From Oscillospiraceae bacterium (GTDB lineage Bacteria > Bacteroidota > Bacteroidia > Bacteroidales > Bacteroidaceae), in the NCBI GenBank assembly GCA_963639385.1, contig CAVHVH010000001.1, positions 1 to 46,113 of the forward strand: a stretch of DNA of 46,113 nt, in the 5' to 3' direction. The notes beneath the pieces are model-generated. The model was given only the letters and a program-made list of their open reading frames with translations, was not told where the DNA came from and ran no database searches. Position numbers and translations under genes: made by a program. Positions 42,215 to 46,113 of the stretch are shown here, in pieces (within the stretch, counting starts at the first letter, position 1; each line of letters begins with the position of its first letter).

Positions 42215-43674
42215 AGGCTTCCTCCCTGGTTATGGTCCTGATGGTTACGGCGGCGCAATAGCCAAAACGAACCTACCAAACTTACAGCAACCAACGCCAC
42301 GGCCGATAGCCAATAGGCAATGCCTGTAATACGGGTCACCAACACATGAGATAGCATTATCAGCGGCAACTGCAAGGCTACTCCGGCGGTTACTCTTCTA
42401 TCTACGCTATAGCCGTAACGCCAATGGGTGTAGACCATAAGCAGCACCATATCTAACAGGGCTGCCACAAGTAGCGCCACGCCAGTACCGGTAAGCCCCC
42501 ACTGTGTAAAGCATAGATACATCAGGGGCAACGTCATCAATACGTAAGCGGCCTCTAAAATCATATACGACCTGGAATCACCGCGTCCAAGAGGAATATA
42601 GGCTACCGGCAGCTTTACGGCTCGTACAAAGAGACCAACAAGTGTAAACTGCATCATGCCTATCACGGCCACAAACTTACCGCTATAAAGCAGGGGCAAT
42701 AAGAGGGGCAAGCCGAACATCATAGCTACCAGCAAGGGTGCTATAACGAGTAGCGACACTTCTATCTGACGGTTTACACAGGCATTGAGTTCTGCCCCGG
42801 TTGAGCTAACCGATGAAAGACGCGGATAATAGTCGGTCTCCATAGCCGAGAATACTACGCTGCCGCAAGTCATCGTCATCATATAGCCTGCATTGTACAG
42901 TCCTACGGTTTCCAGCGAGCCGCAAACATTGAGAACAGAGCGCACAACAAACTCCATACCGCTACCCATTATGCCTACTACTACAAAGCCAAGTCCCAGT
43001 TTTAGCATGCCGCTACCTTTACTTAGAAAGGTGCGGCCGAAAGATAGTTTCAACGGGAAAAGACGGTAAGAGCGACCAAGGGTTAACAAAGCCTGGATTA
43101 CGGCGGCAAGGAAGAGCGAAGGTACTATGGCCGATTCGCCGAATACATAATAAAGGGGAACGGTAACTACCAATACGGCAAACACATTGTACACCGAAAT
43201 CCGGGCCAGTGCGCCCAACTGTCTTACGGCCTTGAGCACGGCCATCTCGCCGCCAGTGATGGCCATTACGCCCACTGTAGGGGCAAGCAACAGGTAATGC
43301 AGGGTGTGGGTTCCCCAACTAAAGGAGAAACTGTCTATTAGCGGGGCGGCTACAGCACATACCACCATACCCAATAGGGCCATCACTACGCTCCACGACC
43401 GTATAAGACATACGCTATCGGCCACAGCTCTACCATCTCCCTGCTCGTAGACATCGGCAATGGTTTTTACTCCACTCGTAGGAATACCCATATTGGTAGA
43501 GTCGCTTACCAAGCGTATGGTTGAATTGAAGAGCGACAATAGTCCCATTCCGCCCGGACCGAGTATTACGGCCACCAGCTTATTGCGTACAAGACCAACC
43601 AGCACATTAAGTCCCTGCACGGTTCCGAATACGCTGGTGTACTTGAGTATATGTTTATAAGACTGTTGTTGCAT
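42211..43674 (-). CDS. Oligosaccharide flippase (Wzx/MATE-like)
   Basis: RNKLVAVILGPGGMG, VGLYNAG, DYYPRLS; many TM segments; ATGA overlap with GT2. Confidence 0.88.
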   Translation of the reverse strand: MQQQSYKHILKYTSVFGTVQGLNVLVGLVRNKLVAVILGPGGMGLLSLFNSTIRLVSDSTNMGIPTSGVKTIADVYEQGDGRAVADSVCLIRSWSVVMALLGMVVCAVAAPLIDSFSFSWGTHTLHYLLLAPTVGVMAITGGEMAVLKAVRQLGALARISVYNVFAVLVVTVPLYYVFGESAIVPSLFLAAVIQALLTLGRSYRLFPLKLSFGRTFLSKGSGMLKLGLGFVVVGIMGSGMEFVVRSVLNVCGSLETVGLYNAGYMMTMTCGSVVFSAMETDYYPRLSSVSSTGAELNACVNRQIEVSLLVIAPLLVAMMFGLPLLLPLLYSGKFVAVIGMMQFTLVGLFVRAVKLPVAYIPLGRGDSRSYMILEAAYVLMTLPLMYLCFTQWGLTGTGVALLVAALLDMVLLMVYTHWRYGYSVDRRVTAGVALQLPLIMLSHVLVTRITGIAYWLSAVALVAVSLVGSFWLLRRRNHQDHNQGGSL

Positions 43675-43699
43675 ATAGGTGAAGCCTCGTTTCTAACTG

Positions 43700-43731
43700 C
43701 AAAATTATTCTTTTTACCCCACTAAGCCAAA
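43700..43731 (-). promoter_or_regulatory. Promoter of flippase-GT2
   Basis: Minus TTTG (43728-43731), 20 nt, TAATTTTG (43700-43707). Confidence 0.65.
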
Positions 43732-43820
43732 CAAACAAGAATAATTTATGATTCACTGAGGGTGCTGATTGCAAGCACTTACGTGCAGTGGCTTATTTTT
43801 TTTTGCAGCTTCAATAAATT

Positions 43821-43857
43821 AGGGCAAAAGTATCTCCTTTTTAGATACCTTTGCCCT
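43821..43857 (-). terminator. Terminator after the 343-aa secreted protein
   Basis: AGGGCAAAAGTATCT / AGATACCTTTGCCCT. Confidence 0.65.
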
Positions 43858-43888
43858 CTTATATTTATCCTACAATAATTCCGCCTAT

Positions 43889-44920
43889 TTAATACCTATA
43901 TACAGGGCGGATAGGAAGCCCAAAATTACGATTTGTCATTAAATTTTGAGTTACAGAAAAGTATCTATTATCGACTCTTGGAAGTATTCCAAAGGTATAA
44001 GCATTCTTTGCTGAGCTATAAGTAGAAATCCAGCAACGAAATACATCTACTGTATATTTATTAGCACCATAAAACCAGCAGGTACAAGGAAAAAACAATC
44101 GCTTTGTGATGTCATTTCTGTCTACAAACAACACCCCAGAAACATTGTAAGTTACATCATCTACCGTTTCGCCAGCCGATATTTTATAAATCCAGCCATA
44201 AGTAATTGTTCCGTTTTTAACGGAATCCATTATAATGTCTTTACTATATTCTGAATTGGTACATGCGTATCGCAACTTTTGGTACTCGGCATTTGTAGGC
44301 ATACGCCAATTACCCCCCCACTCGTAGGTTGCAGCATCATGGGCAGCTGTTAGTGTTTTATTAGAAGTATCATAAGGAACAGGGTCCCACTCTGTAGCTT
44401 CTTCACTGCCACAATAGTTGCTCCAATTGTAGCCTGTCTTGGTACCTTTGATATATGTTTTTTCTTTTGTTTTTGCACCAAAACTGGCTACCAAGTTGGT
44501 GCCATCGTAGGTAAGCGAATCATAATAAGGTTCTATTTCACCCCATGCGTAAAAGTCGCCGTAAGAAGTAGCCTTACTGTCTGACACAGAGGTGGCACCT
44601 ACGTTCATTGTGGCCCATTTTACACCGCCAATCTCTACATAGTCACGCTCGCGGAACACTACCTTGCATACATTGTCTGTTGTATTGTTGTAGGTTTTTA
44701 TCAGCGTGCCGTTCTCATATATCTCTACTTGCTCACAATTATCGGTAGCAGTGGCACCTTCGGTGTTATTGCCTTTGAATACTACTTTGTTTCTTTTCGA
44801 AGCACAGTTATAATAGGTAGCATCTAATTTCCCGTTTACATATACATCTATTACTTGTGCATGTGCGCTCACCGCAGCCACAAGGGCTATGAGAGAGAGC
44901 ATTATTTTCTTTATAGTCAT
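43889..44920 (-). CDS. Secreted protein with two N-terminal repeats and a FISUMP/DUF1566-like C-type-lectin-fold domain
   Basis: Signal peptide; repeats IDVYVNGKLDATY..KVVFK and VEIYENGTLIKTY..KVVFR; YVEIGGVKWATMNVGA, YGDFYAWGE, DAA..WGGNWRMPT, LFFP, R.FGLPIRPV. Confidence 0.75.
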   Translation of the reverse strand: MTIKKIMLSLIALVAAVSAHAQVIDVYVNGKLDATYYNCASKRNKVVFKGNNTEGATATDNCEQVEIYENGTLIKTYNNTTDNVCKVVFRERDYVEIGGVKWATMNVGATSVSDSKATSYGDFYAWGEIEPYYDSLTYDGTNLVASFGAKTKEKTYIKGTKTGYNWSNYCGSEEATEWDPVPYDTSNKTLTAAHDAATYEWGGNWRMPTNAEYQKLRYACTNSEYSKDIIMDSVKNGTITYGWIYKISAGETVDDVTYNVSGVLFVDRNDITKRLFFPCTCWFYGANKYTVDVFRCWISTYSSAKNAYTFGILPRVDNRYFSVTQNLMTNRNFGLPIRPVYRY

Positions 44921-44992
44921 TTCTTTTTGTTTTTAGGTATGGTTATAATACTATAGAGCCACCCGTAAAAGCGGTTCTATAAATTACCTCTG

Positions 44993-45121
44993 TTAAAACT
45001 GATCGTCGGTATCGGTATCCTCTTCGGGCTTGATATATTCATTACCAGACCCTGCAAGAATAGTACATGGTTTTACATTGATTACCTGTGCCTTGGGACT
45101 TATATATTCACGCTTTTCCAT
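44993..45121 (-). CDS. 42-aa small peptide MEKREYISPKAQVINVKPCTILAGSGNEYIKPEEDTDTDDQF
   Basis: ATG 1 nt after the upstream gene's TAA; YxxP..V....ILAGS leader-like pattern typical of Bacteroidales small peptides; below the ORF-track cutoff. Confidence 0.75.
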   Translation of the reverse strand: MEKREYISPKAQVINVKPCTILAGSGNEYIKPEEDTDTDDQF

Positions 45122-45122
45122 A

Positions 45123-45992
45123 TTATTGTATCTCCTGTCCGTTAATATTAAACTTCTTGCCGGCCTTGCGTATTACCACACTGCCGTTTTCTACATATTT
45201 TCCTACACGTTGGTTATTATCTGCGGTATTGATATCCTTGATACCAGTTACATTGTTGCCGTCATGTATTATAGATACGCACGGGGCTTTCTGCGCAATG
45301 GCCGTCTTTAGGTATGCCACACCAGGATTCACATAATCGCCTGTATAGAGAAACAGGCCAAACTGTCCTTTGTACTGTCCGTTTTTACCCGTGCCATAAG
45401 TGAACACCTTGCCATCGGTAGGCTTGGCCACCTTCAACGACGAACCACTCAGCGCACTTTCTTTGGTAAAGGGTGAATTATAATACATATACATAGTAAA
45501 CCGAACGGACTCTGTAGTACCGCATATTGTAAGCGGAGTTTCGGGCAGAACAGTCTGATACTGGGTCATCTTATTGCCTTCTGAGAGGACAAGCGCATTT
45601 TTGTCGGCATCATAGCTGGGTGCATAGACTCCACCCTCGGCAGTAAGAAGTACCAAACGAAAGGGTGAATAGAGGGTAACATAAGGCGCTTTCTCTGTAG
45701 GAGTCTTTACTACAGTGTTAAGCTCACTATTCGACTTTGTAGTTTCAAACTCTACCACCAGTTGGCCATTGTCACTCATAGGCAGGGTAGCAATAGTCAA
45801 ATCGCTATTAGTCATCACTGCCTTGCCATTGACAAATTCTACGGTAGGATTTACATTAGCCTTAACATCGTAACATGCCGTTCCCAACTGGGTAAGTTCT
45901 ACATTGTTTTGCTCTACATGCGTATAGATGTATTGAGCATGAGCCACTGCTCCTGTCAACGCCAAAAGAGTTAATAAAATTAGTTTTTTCAT
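45123..45992 (-). CDS. Secreted hypothetical protein with T9SS C-terminal-domain-like tail
   Basis: Signal peptide MKKLILLTLLALTGAVAHA (ATG 45992); tail VTGIKDI..KYVENGSVVIRKAGKKFNINGQEIQ. Confidence 0.78.
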   Translation of the reverse strand: MKKLILLTLLALTGAVAHAQYIYTHVEQNNVELTQLGTACYDVKANVNPTVEFVNGKAVMTNSDLTIATLPMSDNGQLVVEFETTKSNSELNTVVKTPTEKAPYVTLYSPFRLVLLTAEGGVYAPSYDADKNALVLSEGNKMTQYQTVLPETPLTICGTTESVRFTMYMYYNSPFTKESALSGSSLKVAKPTDGKVFTYGTGKNGQYKGQFGLFLYTGDYVNPGVAYLKTAIAQKAPCVSIIHDGNNVTGIKDINTADNNQRVGKYVENGSVVIRKAGKKFNINGQEIQ

Positions 45993-46006
45993 ACTTTTTA
46001 TTTTTA

Positions 46007-46049
46007 GGGTGGTCCTTAAATCTAACAAAGTTAATTTATAGAACCACCC
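46007..46049. repeat. MITE-like 43-bp element with imperfect terminal IRs enclosing a -7 box
   Basis: GGGTGGTCCTTAAAT ... ATTTATAGAACCACCC, with CAAAGTTA (TAACTTTG on minus) at 46026-46033. Confidence 0.55.
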
Positions 46050-46113
46050 TTTTAATGTTTTATTATTTTACCATAATCTTGATTGTGCGGTTGCCGTTCT
46101 TCACAATGTTCAG

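Larger units (their letters stand above)
44973..46045. mobile_element. Candidate non-autonomous cargo element bounded by 14-bp perfect inverted repeats
   Basis: GGTTCTATAAATTA (44973-44986) and TAATTTATAGAACC (46032-46045); no transposase in window. Confidence 0.4.

Noticed and set aside
43760..43785. Integrative-element attachment-type motif (CTGATTGCAAGCACTTAC)
   Set aside because: Single weak copy with no integrase or tRNA to support it
46007..46049. Invertible (phase-variable) promoter
   Set aside because: The IRs are imperfect and only about 12 nt apart, too short for a typical Bacteroidales invertible promoter, and no recombinase is nearby
43889..46113. Complete diversity-generating retroelement
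   Set aside because: No reverse transcriptase, accessory gene or template repeat is visible in the window

Overview
Bacteroidales (Prevotella-like) chromosomal window, mostly core genes: PPi-PFK, a GH25 muramidase, a trp operon in the unusual order trpD-C-F-A-B-E-G behind a Trp-Trp-Trp leader-peptide attenuator, a GHL10/YddW-like hydrolase, a FadL-type barrel with a Tyr/Trp/Gly-rich partner, prmA, rpe, an ECF sigma factor, a glycogen/alpha-glucan operon (debranching enzyme, GT4, GH57), a lipid kinase, miaA, gap, MurU-like and AmgK-RapZ-like genes, guaA, mscL, a nhaD-pfkA-atpDC(X)BEFHAG run, GT2 plus flippase, and an AT-richer accessory end (C-type-lectin/FISUMP-like secreted protein, a 42-aa YxxP peptide, a T9SS-type cargo). 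The most interesting signals are non-coding. (1) A family of about 66-73-bp hairpin elements sits at TAnnTTTG promoter boxes and recreates them, with covarying terminal arms: two exact tandem copies at 11098-11234 and a divergent member at 23978-24086. (2) A ~72-nt small RNA has its own promoter and terminator at about 16674-16746. (3) A dispersed GGGYGGTTCTATAAA terminal-repeat/MITE-like family occurs in intergenic DNA, and one perfect 14-bp inverted pair brackets the T9SS-cargo plus peptide module at 44973-46045. No rRNA, tRNA, CRISPR array, transposase, integrase or reverse transcriptase was recognised. All calls are by eye, with no database searches.
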